DNA of 64,000 bases from Candidatus Latescibacterota bacterium (lineage in GTDB: Bacteria; Latescibacterota; UBA2968; UBA8231). The stretch is taken from NCBI GenBank assembly GCA_965215195.1, contig CBDCDC010000002.1, positions 1,184,001-1,248,000 on the forward strand. Direction: 5' to 3'. Below, piece by piece: positions 39,490-49,673 of the stretch. Under the pieces are notes generated by a model that was not told the origin of the DNA, searched no databases, and saw only the letters and a program-made list of their open reading frames with translations. How positions within the stretch are numbered: the first letter of the stretch is position 1; the number at the start of each line of letters is the position of its first letter. Position numbers and translations under genes: made by a program.

Positions 39490-41277
39490 ATGACCGAGGA
39501 AATCACGGCAACACAAGAGCAGCAGGCAGCTCCGGTGTACGGCAACGTCAGCGTCGAAGAGCTGGAAAAACCCGAGTACACTCCGGCCGAATTCGACGAA
39601 CTCTTAGCCCTCTACGAGGAGAGCATCTCCGGCATCAAAGAGGGCCAGATCGTCAAGGGCACGGTCGTCTCAATCGGCCCCAGCGAAGTGATGGTCGATA
39701 TCGGCTTCAAGTCCGAAGGCGCGGTGCCGATCAAGGAATTTTCCGACCCGCAGTCCATTGAGCAAGGCCGAGAAATTGAGGTCTTCTTGGAGAACGTCGA
39801 AGACCAAGAGGGCCAAGTCGTGCTCTCCAAGCAGAAGGCCGACTTCATGCGGGTGTGGGATTCGATCAAGGAGGCCCACGACACCGGCAACACCGTTGAG
39901 GGCCGGCTGATGCGGCGCATCAAGGGCGGCATCGTCGTCAATCTCTTTGGCGTTGATGCCTTTCTGCCCGGCTCGCAGATCGACATCCGCCAAGTCAAGA
40001 ACTTCGACCAGTTCATCGGCCACCAGTTTCCCTTCAAGATCATCAAGCTCAACAAGGCGCGGCGCAACATCGTCGTCTCGCGCCGCGCCGTGCTAGAGGA
40101 AGAGCGTGCGCGGATGCGCGAGGAGATCGTCAAGGTGTTGGAGGAAGGCCAGACCCGCGAGGGCGTCGTCAAGAACATCACCGACTTCGGGGCCTTCATC
40201 GACTTGGGCGGCGTCGATGGCCTTCTCCACATCACCGACATGTCGTGGGGGCGCGTCAACCACCCCTCGGAGTTGGTCTCCATCGGCGACCGCATCAAGG
40301 TCAAGGTGCTCAGCTACGACCGCAAGCGCGAGCGCATCTCCTTGGGGCTGAAGCAGCTAACCCCCCATCCGTGGGAGAACGTCGAGAAGAAGTACCCGAT
40401 TGAGAGCCAAGTTCGCGGCAAGGTGGTCTCCATCACCGACTACGGGGCCTTCGTCGAGTTGGAGGAGGGCATTGAGGGCCTAGTCCACATCTCCGAGATG
40501 TCCTGGACCCAGCACGTGCGCCATCCCTCCAAGCTGGTCGACATCGGCGACATCGTCGAGGTGAAGGTGCTCAAGATCGACAGCGATAACCAGAAGATCT
40601 CGCTCGGTATGAAGCAAACCGAGGACGATCCGTGGGATACCCTCGACGCCAAGTATCCCCCGGGCACCAAAATCGAGGGCACGGTATGCAGCCTGACCAA
40701 CTTCGGGGCCTTCGTCGAGATTGAGGACAACATCGACGGGCTAGTCCACATTTCGGATATGTCTTGGACCAAGCGCATCCGCCAAGCCAGCGAAATGTTC
40801 AAAAAGGGCGACGTGATCCCGGTGGTCGTCTCGGAAATCGACATCAAGCGCCGCCGCATCTCGCTCAGCCACAAGGAGGCTTTTGAAAACCCCTGGCCGC
40901 GCTTTGCCGAGCAGTACGCGGTGGGCGTCGAGGTGCGGGGTGCGATCTCGCGGATCCTCGAGCGCGGCGTCGTCGTCTCGCTCGTCGCCGAAGTCGATGG
41001 GTTCGTGCCGCTGTCGCATTTGGCCATCGACGGGTTGCAAAATCCGCGCCAGAGCTTTGCCGAAGGGCAAAAGCTCCCGCTAGAGGTCATTGAGTTCGAC
41101 AAGAACCAGAAGAAGATCGTGCTCAGCGTACGCGAGTACTTCAAGGACAAGGACCAAGCCGAGTACGAAGCCTACTTAGCCGAGCACCCCGTCCAAGAGA
41201 TCGCCGAGGTCGCGGCCGACAAGGACGACGAAATGGAGAGCTGGGGAGACGCCCACGACGAGCAAGGCGCGTCGTAA
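39490..41277 (+). CDS. rpsA: 30S ribosomal protein S1
   Basis: Six S1 domains, DIGFKSEG, FGAF..GL.HI. Confidence 0.97.
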   Translation: MTEEITATQEQQAAPVYGNVSVEELEKPEYTPAEFDELLALYEESISGIKEGQIVKGTVVSIGPSEVMVDIGFKSEGAVPIKEFSDPQSIEQGREIEVFLENVEDQEGQVVLSKQKADFMRVWDSIKEAHDTGNTVEGRLMRRIKGGIVVNLFGVDAFLPGSQIDIRQVKNFDQFIGHQFPFKIIKLNKARRNIVVSRRAVLEEERARMREEIVKVLEEGQTREGVVKNITDFGAFIDLGGVDGLLHITDMSWGRVNHPSELVSIGDRIKVKVLSYDRKRERISLGLKQLTPHPWENVEKKYPIESQVRGKVVSITDYGAFVELEEGIEGLVHISEMSWTQHVRHPSKLVDIGDIVEVKVLKIDSDNQKISLGMKQTEDDPWDTLDAKYPPGTKIEGTVCSLTNFGAFVEIEDNIDGLVHISDMSWTKRIRQASEMFKKGDVIPVVVSEIDIKRRRISLSHKEAFENPWPRFAEQYAVGVEVRGAISRILERGVVVSLVAEVDGFVPLSHLAIDGLQNPRQSFAEGQKLPLEVIEFDKNQKKIVLSVREYFKDKDQAEYEAYLAEHPVQEIAEVAADKDDEMESWGDAHDEQGAS

Positions 41278-41294
41278 GCCCCGCAGCAACAACC

Positions 41295-41340
41295 AAGCGC
41301 GGTGGGACGAATGCTCGTTCCACCGCGCTTTTTATTTTTT
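41295..41340 (+). terminator. Rho-independent terminator of rpsA
   Basis: aagcgcggtgggacga/tcgttccaccgcgctt stem followed by a long T tract. Confidence 0.88.
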
Positions 41341-41369
41341 CAACCCCAACCCGCGAACCCATCCGAATC

Positions 41370-44009
41370 ATGTCACCGAGAGCCAAACTCGCGCCGGGAA
41401 GCAAACTCACCCCGGCGATGGAGCAGTACAAGCATTTTAAGCGTCAGCACCCCGACGCGATTCTCTTTTTCCGCATGGGCGACTTCTACGAGATGTTCTT
41501 CGACGACGCCAAAGAAGCCGCCCGGCTTTTGGGTCTCACCTTGACGGCGCGCAACCACGGCAAGGCTTCCGGCGATGTGCCCTTAGCTGGCGTGCCGCAT
41601 CACGCCATGGAAGGCTACCTAGCCAAACTCATCCAACTCGGCCGCAAAGTCGCCATCTGCGAGCAGATCGAAGACCCCAAACAGGCCAAGGGCATCGTCA
41701 AGCGCGACGTGGTGCAGGTCGTCTCCCCGGGCACGGCCCTTTCCGACGCCCTGCTCGACCAGCAGCGCAACAACTTCCTCGTCGGCCTCTGCCCCCGCGC
41801 CGCCAGCGTCGGCCTAGCCAGCGTCGATTTGTCAACCGGCGACTTCGCCCTCGACGAGGTCGCGGCCAACGACCTAGCCGACGAGCTGGAGAGCCTCGCC
41901 CCGGCCGAGCTACTCATCGCCGAAGGCGCGGACGCCAAGTGGGTGCAGACGCTCCAGACCGCCTTGCCGCGGGTGGCCATCAGCCGCGTCGAAGACTGGC
42001 ACTTTGCCGCCGACACCGCGTACGAAACCCTCACCAGCCAGCTCCAAGTCCAGACGCTGAAAGGCTTTGGCTGCGAGGACATGGAGGCCGCCATCCGCGC
42101 CGGCGGGGCCGCGGTCGCCTATTTGCGCGACAATCAGCGCGGCGCAGTTGAGCACATCAACCGCCTCCAGCGCAAGCGCCGCGAGGACTTCGCGCTCATC
42201 GACGCAGCCGCCCAGCGCAACCTAGAGCTTTTGGCCAACCTCCAAGACGGGGGCCGCACCAACACCCTAATCGAAATCCTCGACCGCACCCGCACCCCCA
42301 TGGGCGCCCGCCTGATGCGCCAGTGGATTACTCAACCTCTCAAGAAACCGGCCTCCATTGAGGCCCGCCTAGCGGCGGTTGACGAGTTGCTGCACCAGCC
42401 CGACCACGGCCGCGCCCTAGGCCCGTCCCTAGAGCAGGTCGGCGACCTCGAGCGGCTGATGGCGCGCATCTGCTGCCAGCGGGCCAACGCCCGCGACCTC
42501 GTGGCGCTAGCCCGCTCGCTAGCCGTCGCCCCGGCCATCGGCCAGACCCTCGCCTCGGCCCAGAGCCCGCTCTTGCAGGAGTTGCGCGTCAAGGGGCTGC
42601 CGGACGTCAGCGCATTAGTCGCCGAAATCAGCGGCGCGTTAATCGCCGAGCCGCCGGTCTCCCTGACCGACGGCGGGCTCATCCGCGACGGCCATCACCC
42701 GGACGTCGATCAACTGCGGCGAATCGCCCGCGGCGGCAAGGACTACATCGCCCGCTTGCAGGCCACCGAGCGCGAGCGCACCGGCATTGCCTCGCTCAAA
42801 ATTGGCTACACCCAAGTCTTTGGCTACTACATCGAAATCAGCAAGGCCAACCTCGACAAAACCCCCGCCGAGTACCATCGCAAACAAACCTTGACCAACG
42901 CCGAGCGCTTCATCACGCCCGAGCTAAAGGAATACGAGGAAAAGGTCCTAGGGGCCGAGGAGCGCCTCAAAGAACTGGAGAACGAGCTGTTCTTGGCCCT
43001 GCGCGACCACACCGCCCGCTGGACGCCCCAGGTCCAGCAGATTGCCCGCGCCATCGCGCGCATTGACGCGCTGTATTCCCTCTCCCAAGTCGCCGCGAGC
43101 GAGTCCTACGCCCGGCCCCAAGTTGACGACGGTCAGCTAATCGAAATCCGCGATGGCCGCCACCCGGTCGTCGAGCGCCAGCTCCGCACGGGCCGCTTCG
43201 TGCCCAACGATGTGCGCCTCGACGCCAACGGGGCGCAAATCATGCTCATCACCGGCCCGAACATGGCCGGCAAGAGCACCATCATCCGCCAAGTGGGTCT
43301 CATCGCGCTGATGGCGCAGATGGGCAGCTTCGTCCCCGCGCGCCAAGCCACCATCGGCGTCGTCGATCGCATCTTCACTCGCGTGGGCGCGTCCGACAAC
43401 CTCGCCCGCGGCGAGAGCACCTTTATGGTGGAGATGCACGAGGCGGCCAATATCCTCAACAACGCCACCAGCCGCAGCTTGCTCCTCATAGACGAGCTCG
43501 GCCGCGGCACTAGCACCTTCGATGGCCTGAGCATTGCCTATGCCATCATCGAATACTTGCACCAGCACCGCCAAGCCCACCCGCGCACCCTCTTTGCCAC
43601 GCACTACCACGAGATGACCGAACTCGAAAGCCACCTAGAGCGCGTCGTCAACTTCAACGTGCAGGTGCGCGAAGAAGGCGACCGCGTGGTGTTCCTCCAC
43701 CGCCTAGCCCCGGGGGCTGCCGACCAAAGCTACGGCATCAACGTCGCGCAGATGGCCGGGATGCCGGCCCAAGTAGTAGCCCGCGCCCAAGAAATTCTCG
43801 CCCGCCTCGAAAAGGACCAAATCAACGCCAAGGACATCCACCGCAAGCGCGAGACGCCTCCCCCGCAACAGCTCCCGCTCTTCTCCACCGCACCTGCGGA
43901 GGCACCGTGGGTGGCGGAGTTGCGGGACATGGACCTCAGCCAGATTACGCCGCTGCAAGCGTTGCTCAAGCTGAATGAATGGAAAGAGGAAATGGCGAAT
44001 GGGGAATGA
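41370..44009 (+). CDS. mutS: DNA mismatch repair protein MutS
   Basis: FRMGDFYE, TGPNMAGKST, DELGRGTST, FATHYHE, SYGI. Confidence 0.97.
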   Translation: MSPRAKLAPGSKLTPAMEQYKHFKRQHPDAILFFRMGDFYEMFFDDAKEAARLLGLTLTARNHGKASGDVPLAGVPHHAMEGYLAKLIQLGRKVAICEQIEDPKQAKGIVKRDVVQVVSPGTALSDALLDQQRNNFLVGLCPRAASVGLASVDLSTGDFALDEVAANDLADELESLAPAELLIAEGADAKWVQTLQTALPRVAISRVEDWHFAADTAYETLTSQLQVQTLKGFGCEDMEAAIRAGGAAVAYLRDNQRGAVEHINRLQRKRREDFALIDAAAQRNLELLANLQDGGRTNTLIEILDRTRTPMGARLMRQWITQPLKKPASIEARLAAVDELLHQPDHGRALGPSLEQVGDLERLMARICCQRANARDLVALARSLAVAPAIGQTLASAQSPLLQELRVKGLPDVSALVAEISGALIAEPPVSLTDGGLIRDGHHPDVDQLRRIARGGKDYIARLQATERERTGIASLKIGYTQVFGYYIEISKANLDKTPAEYHRKQTLTNAERFITPELKEYEEKVLGAEERLKELENELFLALRDHTARWTPQVQQIARAIARIDALYSLSQVAASESYARPQVDDGQLIEIRDGRHPVVERQLRTGRFVPNDVRLDANGAQIMLITGPNMAGKSTIIRQVGLIALMAQMGSFVPARQATIGVVDRIFTRVGASDNLARGESTFMVEMHEAANILNNATSRSLLLIDELGRGTSTFDGLSIAYAIIEYLHQHRQAHPRTLFATHYHEMTELESHLERVVNFNVQVREEGDRVVFLHRLAPGAADQSYGINVAQMAGMPAQVVARAQEILARLEKDQINAKDIHRKRETPPPQQLPLFSTAPAEAPWVAELRDMDLSQITPLQALLKLNEWKEEMANGE

Positions 44010-44077
44010 GGCTGAATTTGTTGCCGGCCAATCGCTTCTGGCTGAGAGGATCATGGCCAAGGTCAATTGTTCGTGAG

Positions 44078-44229
44078 CTTAGTACACGACACCAGCCCTC
44101 AGCCGGCCAAGGATCGAGGGCATCTTGCCCTCGGCGAGGGCGGGACGCCCTCGATCCCGCACCCAGCGGAAACAGCAGAAAAGGCGTACTCAAAGTAAGG
44201 GTCGCCTACTTTAGGTGGCGTGTACTAAG
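44078..44229. mobile_element. 152-bp MITE, copy 1
   Basis: TIR cttagtacacg/cgtgtactaag; perfect 9-bp TSD gttcgtgag (44069-44077, 44230-44238); inverted copy at 62903-63054. Confidence 0.9.
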
Positions 44230-44324
44230 GTTCGTGAGTCTCATTAAAGCTCGCCGATGAGACTATCAGAATTAGCCGAATCCCAAACTTACAATCAGCC
44301 GATTTTACCAACGCAGATTGACCT

Positions 44325-45083
44325 GTGCCCAGTCCCTTCATGCCCGATAAACAGACACCCGACGACCTGATTTGGGGCCGCCACCCGGTGCTCGAAGCCC
44401 TGCGCGCCGAGCACCCCCTGCGCCGCCTGCTCGTCGCCAAGGGCGCACACGGCCCGGTCATCGACGAAATTTTCGCCCGCGCACGGCAGGCCCACATCCC
44501 CTATGACCTGCGCGACAAGGCCCAGCTCGACCGCCTCGCCGGCCCTCGCCACCAAAGCGTCGTCGCCTATGCGGCGGCCGCGTCGTACGCGGACTTCGAC
44601 CACATGCTCGCCCACCTGCCGACCCCGGCCCTGCTTCTCTTTCTCGACCAAGTGCAAGATCCCCACAACCTCGGCGCCATCATCCGCAGCGCCCATGCCC
44701 TCGGTGCCCAAGGCGTAGTCGTGCCGGCCCGCAGCGCGGCCGGCCTCTCCTCGGCCGCGCTCAAAGCCGCGGCCGGCGCGGCCCAGCACCTGCCCGTCTG
44801 CCGGGTTGACAATTTGCAAAAGGCCCTGCAAAAGGCCGCGGCCTGTGGGCTTTTCATCGCCGGACTCGACGCCTGCGGCGAGCAGCCCTTGACGGCCGCG
44901 GACTTGGCCCAGCCCTGCGCCCTAGTCATCGGCAGCGAGGGCAAAGGGCTGCGGCGCATGGTGCAAAAGCGCTGCGACGCGCTCTTGCACATCCCCATGC
45001 CGGGCGAGGCCAGCGGCTCGCTCAACGCCTCGGTGGCCGCCGGCATTGCCCTGTACGAAGTGCTGCGCCAGCGCCAGCCATGA
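44325..45083 (+). CDS. rlmB: 23S rRNA Gm2251 methyltransferase (SpoU/TrmH family)
   Basis: GRHPVLEAL, DPHNLGAIIRS, GSEGKG, SLNASVAAG. Confidence 0.9.
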   Translation: MPSPFMPDKQTPDDLIWGRHPVLEALRAEHPLRRLLVAKGAHGPVIDEIFARARQAHIPYDLRDKAQLDRLAGPRHQSVVAYAAAASYADFDHMLAHLPTPALLLFLDQVQDPHNLGAIIRSAHALGAQGVVVPARSAAGLSSAALKAAAGAAQHLPVCRVDNLQKALQKAAACGLFIAGLDACGEQPLTAADLAQPCALVIGSEGKGLRRMVQKRCDALLHIPMPGEASGSLNASVAAGIALYEVLRQRQP

Positions 45084-47482
45084 TCGGCCTGCTGGTCCTC
45101 TGCCTCGCCCTCGCCCATCCGCGCAGCAGCGAGGCGTCTGAGACCCAACTACAACAGGCCCGCTCCCTGCTGACCCAAGCCAAGAGCGAGGACAAAGACC
45201 AAGGCTTTGCATACCAAGCCACTTACATGCGCTACTACGAGGTCGGCGACTCGCTCCTGTTGCAAGGGCAGGCCCGCGTCTCGCACAAGGGCGCTCAGTT
45301 AGAGGCCGCCGAGATCGTCTTCCGCCGCGCCCTCGACCAAGTCGAAGCGCGAGCGGCCCTCGATTCGAGCGGGCGGGTCATCGGCCGCCCGGTGTTGCGC
45401 CAAGGCGACCAAACCCTGCGCGGCGAGCGCATCCTCTACGACCTCTCCACCGAGCAAGGAACCATCCTCAAAGGCAAGATCCACCGCGACAAAGGATTTT
45501 ACGCCGGGCGCTTGATCCAGACCCGCAGCAGCACTGAGTTCCACGTCCACCAAGGCTCGTACACCACGTGCGAAGCCGACCACCCGCACTTTGACTTCTA
45601 CAGCCCGCGAATCAAGGTCATAGCCGGCGACATGGCCGTGGCGCGCCCGGTGTATTTCCGCATCAAGGAGCGGCGGCTGTTGTGGATTCCCTTTTACGTA
45701 TTCTCGCTGCGCGCAGACCGCCAGTCCGGAATTTTGACGCCGAGTTTTGGGCAGCGCGGGGCGCGTCAAAGCGAGTGGGAACTGCGCAACTTGGGCTACT
45801 ACCTCGCGCCCAACGACTATTGGGACCTATCCCTTGCGGCCGACCTGCGGCAGCGCTCGGGCTGGCTGGGACGCGCCCGCCTCAACTACGCGGCGCGCTA
45901 CCGATTCAGAGGGCACGTCAGCACCCAGCTCGAAAATCGCCAACAGGGCCGCACGGCCTCGCGCAACTGGCGACTGGAATTCAGGCACAGCCAAGAGCTA
46001 GGGCGCGACGCGAGCCTGCGGACCAACGGCACCTTCCAGAGCAACAACAGCTTTGCCCAAGACAACAGCACCAGCCTGCAAGACCGCCTCAACCGCACCT
46101 TGCGCTCCAACCTCAGCTACACCCGGCGCTGGCGCGGCTCGGGCAACAGCTTGAGCCTAAAAGCGAGCCAGACCAAAAACCTCGACACCGAGACGTTCGC
46201 CACCATCCTGCCCGAGCTCAGCCTGCGCAAGAGCCGCAAGCCGATTTGGGGACGAGCGGGCCAAAGCCGCCAAAATCGCCAAAGCCTTCCCTGGTACAGT
46301 CGCATGTACTACGACGGCAACGCCAGCCTGCGCAACGCTCGGCGCGGCAGCCGCACGGACACCACCAGCCAAACCAGCGCTCAAGTGGGCTGGCGCGTCA
46401 GCGCGCAGTACCGCCCCTTCTCTTGGTTCAATCTCAGCCCGTCGTTCAATCAAGACTGGCGCGACCAAGATCTGCGCGCGCGCACAACCCGCGGCCGGCG
46501 CAGCGACCGCTTCTCGACCCGCGCGGCCCTGAGCCAAACCTTGTACGGCCTCTTCAACCCGTCCATAGGCCCGCTGCAAGCCCTGCGCCACGTGCTCAAA
46601 CCCAGCATCTCACTCAGCTATCAAGCCTCTCGCGCCGACACCGGCGGCGTCTTGGGCTTTGGCGGCGATGGCAGCCCGCTCCAACACCGGCGGACATTGA
46701 ACTTGCGCCTCGACAACACGTTCTGGGCCAAAATTCTGCGCGACGAGGAAGAGCACAAAGTGCGCCTAGTCCAGCTCAATTTCTCGACAGCCTATGACTT
46801 TGAGAGAAAGGAAAACCAGCTAAACGACCTGCAAACGACCCTAAGCGTTGAGGCAGGTCGCTACCTAAATTCGCGGCTGACCTTGCGCCACGAATTCTAC
46901 GACGAGCAAAACCGACTGCACCTGTTGGCACCGCGCCGCCAGCAGCTTGAAGTGCGGACCTCGGCTAGCTGGTCGCGGCAGTCGAGGAAGGTCGCCGACC
47001 GGACCGCCAGTCGCTACGGGCAGAGCAGCTTTGACTCCTCCAGTGGCTACGGACAGAGCAGCTTTGGCACCGCCAGTGGCCGGGAATCCTTCGGCTTTGA
47101 AAGCGGCCTCATGCGCGACATCGACAACCGCCGGCGCGGCAGCCGCTTCCAGCTCAGCCACTACATCTCGCACCGCCGCGCTGCGACTACGACCTCTAGC
47201 TTCATCCGCTCTTGGGTACGAGCCGCAGCCGGCTTTAGCTTGGGGCCGAGCTGGCATTGCAATTATTCGCTCAACTACAATCTGCGTGCCCCGGGGACGC
47301 GGCTTTTGTCCACCGAGCGCATCACTTACGAGCTGTTGTCCCTGCAAAAGGAATTCCACGACTGGACCGCAACCTTCAATGTGCAACCGAGCACCTTCCA
47401 CAAAGACCGGGCGTTCTTTTTGAAAGTGCAGTTGAAGGACATTCCACAGCTCAAACTCGAGCGCGGCCAGCGAAGATTCTAA
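45080..47482 (+). CDS. lptD: LPS-assembly protein LptD-like outer-membrane protein
   Basis: Signal peptide, YTTC..PHF, RQSGILTP, LRNLGYY, beta-barrel-like C terminus. Confidence 0.72.
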   Translation: MIGLLVLCLALAHPRSSEASETQLQQARSLLTQAKSEDKDQGFAYQATYMRYYEVGDSLLLQGQARVSHKGAQLEAAEIVFRRALDQVEARAALDSSGRVIGRPVLRQGDQTLRGERILYDLSTEQGTILKGKIHRDKGFYAGRLIQTRSSTEFHVHQGSYTTCEADHPHFDFYSPRIKVIAGDMAVARPVYFRIKERRLLWIPFYVFSLRADRQSGILTPSFGQRGARQSEWELRNLGYYLAPNDYWDLSLAADLRQRSGWLGRARLNYAARYRFRGHVSTQLENRQQGRTASRNWRLEFRHSQELGRDASLRTNGTFQSNNSFAQDNSTSLQDRLNRTLRSNLSYTRRWRGSGNSLSLKASQTKNLDTETFATILPELSLRKSRKPIWGRAGQSRQNRQSLPWYSRMYYDGNASLRNARRGSRTDTTSQTSAQVGWRVSAQYRPFSWFNLSPSFNQDWRDQDLRARTTRGRRSDRFSTRAALSQTLYGLFNPSIGPLQALRHVLKPSISLSYQASRADTGGVLGFGGDGSPLQHRRTLNLRLDNTFWAKILRDEEEHKVRLVQLNFSTAYDFERKENQLNDLQTTLSVEAGRYLNSRLTLRHEFYDEQNRLHLLAPRRQQLEVRTSASWSRQSRKVADRTASRYGQSSFDSSSGYGQSSFGTASGRESFGFESGLMRDIDNRRRGSRFQLSHYISHRRAATTTSSFIRSWVRAAAGFSLGPSWHCNYSLNYNLRAPGTRLLSTERITYELLSLQKEFHDWTATFNVQPSTFHKDRAFFLKVQLKDIPQLKLERGQRRF

Positions 47483-47513
47483 GCTGTTGCAGGGAGTAAG
47501 CCTGCGGGCTGGT

Positions 47514-48986
47514 TCAGCCACCATAACGGTATAACAGTTCGACGGTCTCAGTAGCATTGTGCTTCGTCGCAATGTACAGCGGTGTTAGACCCTCGTCGCT
47601 CTCAGCCTTGACCTCGGCCCCCTGCGTCAGCAACAGTTCGGCCATTGCAGCGGCATCTATCTCGGCCGCATAGTGCAGCGGCGTCAACCCCTTGGCGGTC
47701 TTGGCGTTGATCGCGGCTCCTTGCGTCAGCAACAGTTCGGCCATCGCAGCAGCATCTATCTCGGCCGCATAGTGCAGCGGCGTCGCGCCCTTGTCGGTCT
47801 TGGCGTTGACCTCGGCTCCTTGCGTCAGCAACAGTTCGGCCATCTTGTAAGCATTTTCCCACGCCGCATAGTGCAGCGGCGTCAACCCCTTGTCGGTCTT
47901 GGCGTTGATCGCGGCTCCTTGCGTCAGCAACAACTCGGCTGTTTCGTTGGCCTTGTTCCACGCCGCCCAGTGCAGCGGCATATTGCCGTATTTATCCTTT
48001 TCGTTGACGTTGGCTCCCTGTGTCAACAACAATTGGGCCGTTTCAACCGCATTGCCCCCCGCTGCCCCGTGCAGCGGCGTCGCGCCCTTGTCGGTCTTGG
48101 CGTTGATCGCGGCTCCTTGCGTTAGCAACAATTCGGCTGTCTTGTAAGCATTTTCCCACGCCGCATAGTGCAGCGGCGTCTGGCCTCTGTCAGCCTTGGC
48201 ATTGACCTCGGCTCCCTGTGTTAGTAATAGCTGGGCTGTCTTGTAAACATTTTTCCATGCCGCATAGTGCAGCGGCGTCCGGCCTTTGTCAGTCTTGGCG
48301 TTGGTCTCAGCTCCTTGCGTTAGCAACAATTCGGCTGTTTCGTTGGCCTTGTTCCATGCCGCAGTGTGTAGCGGCATATTGCCGTATTTATCCTTTTCGT
48401 TGACCTGGGCTCCCTGTGTCAACAACAATTGGGCCGTTTCAGCCGCGTTGTTCCCCGCCGCCCGGTGCAGTGGTGTCTCGCCATATTCGTTCTTTTTGTG
48501 AACGTTGGCTCCCTGCGTCAGTAAGACCTTAGCCGTTTCAGCCGCATTGTTCCACGCCGCCCAGTGCAGCGGCGTCTGATCCGATGTGTCCTTGGCGCAG
48601 AGCTCGGCTCCTTGCGTCAGCAGCAGTTGGGCTGTTTCAGCCGCATTATTTCCCGCCGCATAGTGCAGTGGTGTCGCATCCTCGCTGTTTTTGGCGGTGA
48701 CTTCGGCTCCTTGCGTCAGCAGCAGTTGGGCTGCTTCAGCCGCATTATTCCCCGCCGCCCATTGCAGTGGTGTCGCGCCCTTGTTGTTTTTTTCGTTGAC
48801 GTCGGCCCCCCATGTCAGCAAGACCTCGGCCGTTTCAGCCATATTTTTTGCTGCGGCCCAGTGCAGTGGTGTATTGCCGGCCTTGATATTGGCGAACAAA
48901 AAGAGGCCAATGACCAAGAGCACCACTACGCTCAAGATCTTGGCAAATCGCCGGACTTTGATCTTTTTTGGCGGTCCGTTGTTCAT
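47514..48986 (-). CDS. Membrane-anchored ankyrin repeat protein (13 full repeats plus C-cap)
   Basis: Basic and hydrophobic N terminus, then GxTPLHxAA..N..ETA.LLLTQGA.VNAK units of 33 aa (99 bp). Confidence 0.95.
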   Translation of the reverse strand: MNNGPPKKIKVRRFAKILSVVVLLVIGLFLFANIKAGNTPLHWAAAKNMAETAEVLLTWGADVNEKNNKGATPLQWAAGNNAAEAAQLLLTQGAEVTAKNSEDATPLHYAAGNNAAETAQLLLTQGAELCAKDTSDQTPLHWAAWNNAAETAKVLLTQGANVHKKNEYGETPLHRAAGNNAAETAQLLLTQGAQVNEKDKYGNMPLHTAAWNKANETAELLLTQGAETNAKTDKGRTPLHYAAWKNVYKTAQLLLTQGAEVNAKADRGQTPLHYAAWENAYKTAELLLTQGAAINAKTDKGATPLHGAAGGNAVETAQLLLTQGANVNEKDKYGNMPLHWAAWNKANETAELLLTQGAAINAKTDKGLTPLHYAAWENAYKMAELLLTQGAEVNAKTDKGATPLHYAAEIDAAAMAELLLTQGAAINAKTAKGLTPLHYAAEIDAAAMAELLLTQGAEVKAESDEGLTPLYIATKHNATETVELLYRYGG

Positions 48987-49170
48987 TTAGTTTCTCGCAA
49001 TTGGGTGGAGTTGGTTGTCAAGAGAAATTTGGCAGTGGGTTCCTCTGCATTTTTACGCTAAGTCTTGCGACGCCGCGGCCGAGGGCATCAGCGTCAATGT
49101 GGGCTGCGAGCCAGTCGAGAGCGCAGTGCCGATGCCTCTCGGGTACTCCACTACCCGCTTCTAGGAGCAG

Positions 49171-49198
49171 TTGACAGTAGTGTGGCGGGGGATACATT
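49171..49198 (+). promoter_or_regulatory. sigma70 promoter of the dtd operon
   Basis: TTGACA-16-TACATT. Confidence 0.55.
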
Positions 49199-49229
49199 AA
49201 AAAACTTCTATGACCGATTTCCCAAGCCC

Positions 49230-49673
49230 GTGAAAGTCCTCGTCCAGCGCGTCAGCCGCGCTAGCGTCCACGTCGATGGCCAGGTCCGCGGCCAAATCGG
49301 CCAGGGCCTGCTCCTACTCGTCGGCTTCGGCCCTAACGACGACGACCAAGCTCTGCGCTTCTGCGCGGAAAAGTGCGCTCACCTGCGCATCTTCGCCGAC
49401 GACGACGGCAAGATGAATCGCTCGGTGCTCGACATCGGCGGCGGCGTACTCGCCATTTCCCAGTTCACCTTGTACGGCGACTGCCGCAAGGGCCGCCGCC
49501 CCAGCTTCGTCCAAGCCGCCCCTCCCCCGGTCGCCGAGCGCCTGTACGAGCGCTTTCTCGACCTGCTCGCCGCACAAGGCTTGCCGCCCCAGCGCGGCGT
49601 CTTCGGAGCGTACATGCAGGTCGAAATCCACAACGACGGCCCGGTCACCTTGATGGTGGAGTCTCCAGCGTGA
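49230..49673 (+). CDS. dtd: D-aminoacyl-tRNA deacylase
   Basis: VQRV..ASV, SQFTL, GRRPSF, NDGPVT. Confidence 0.96.
   Translation: MKVLVQRVSRASVHVDGQVRGQIGQGLLLLVGFGPNDDDQALRFCAEKCAHLRIFADDDGKMNRSVLDIGGGVLAISQFTLYGDCRKGRRPSFVQAAPPPVAERLYERFLDLLAAQGLPPQRGVFGAYMQVEIHNDGPVTLMVESPA

Noticed and set aside
43966-44193. Small repeated ORF MSTPFLLFPLG... (also 62939-63136)
   Set aside because: It is a by-product of the MITE sequence; the two ORFs diverge outside the element.
45682-46797. Long overlapping and antisense ORFs (e.g. 8614-9711, 45682-46797, 54265-55647)
   Set aside because: Arg/Pro/Ala-rich shadow frames expected in high-GC coding DNA, with no motifs.
47514-48986. Diversity-generating retroelement acting on the ankyrin gene or the long repeats
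   Set aside because: No reverse transcriptase in the window, and the differences between copies are not adenine-specific.
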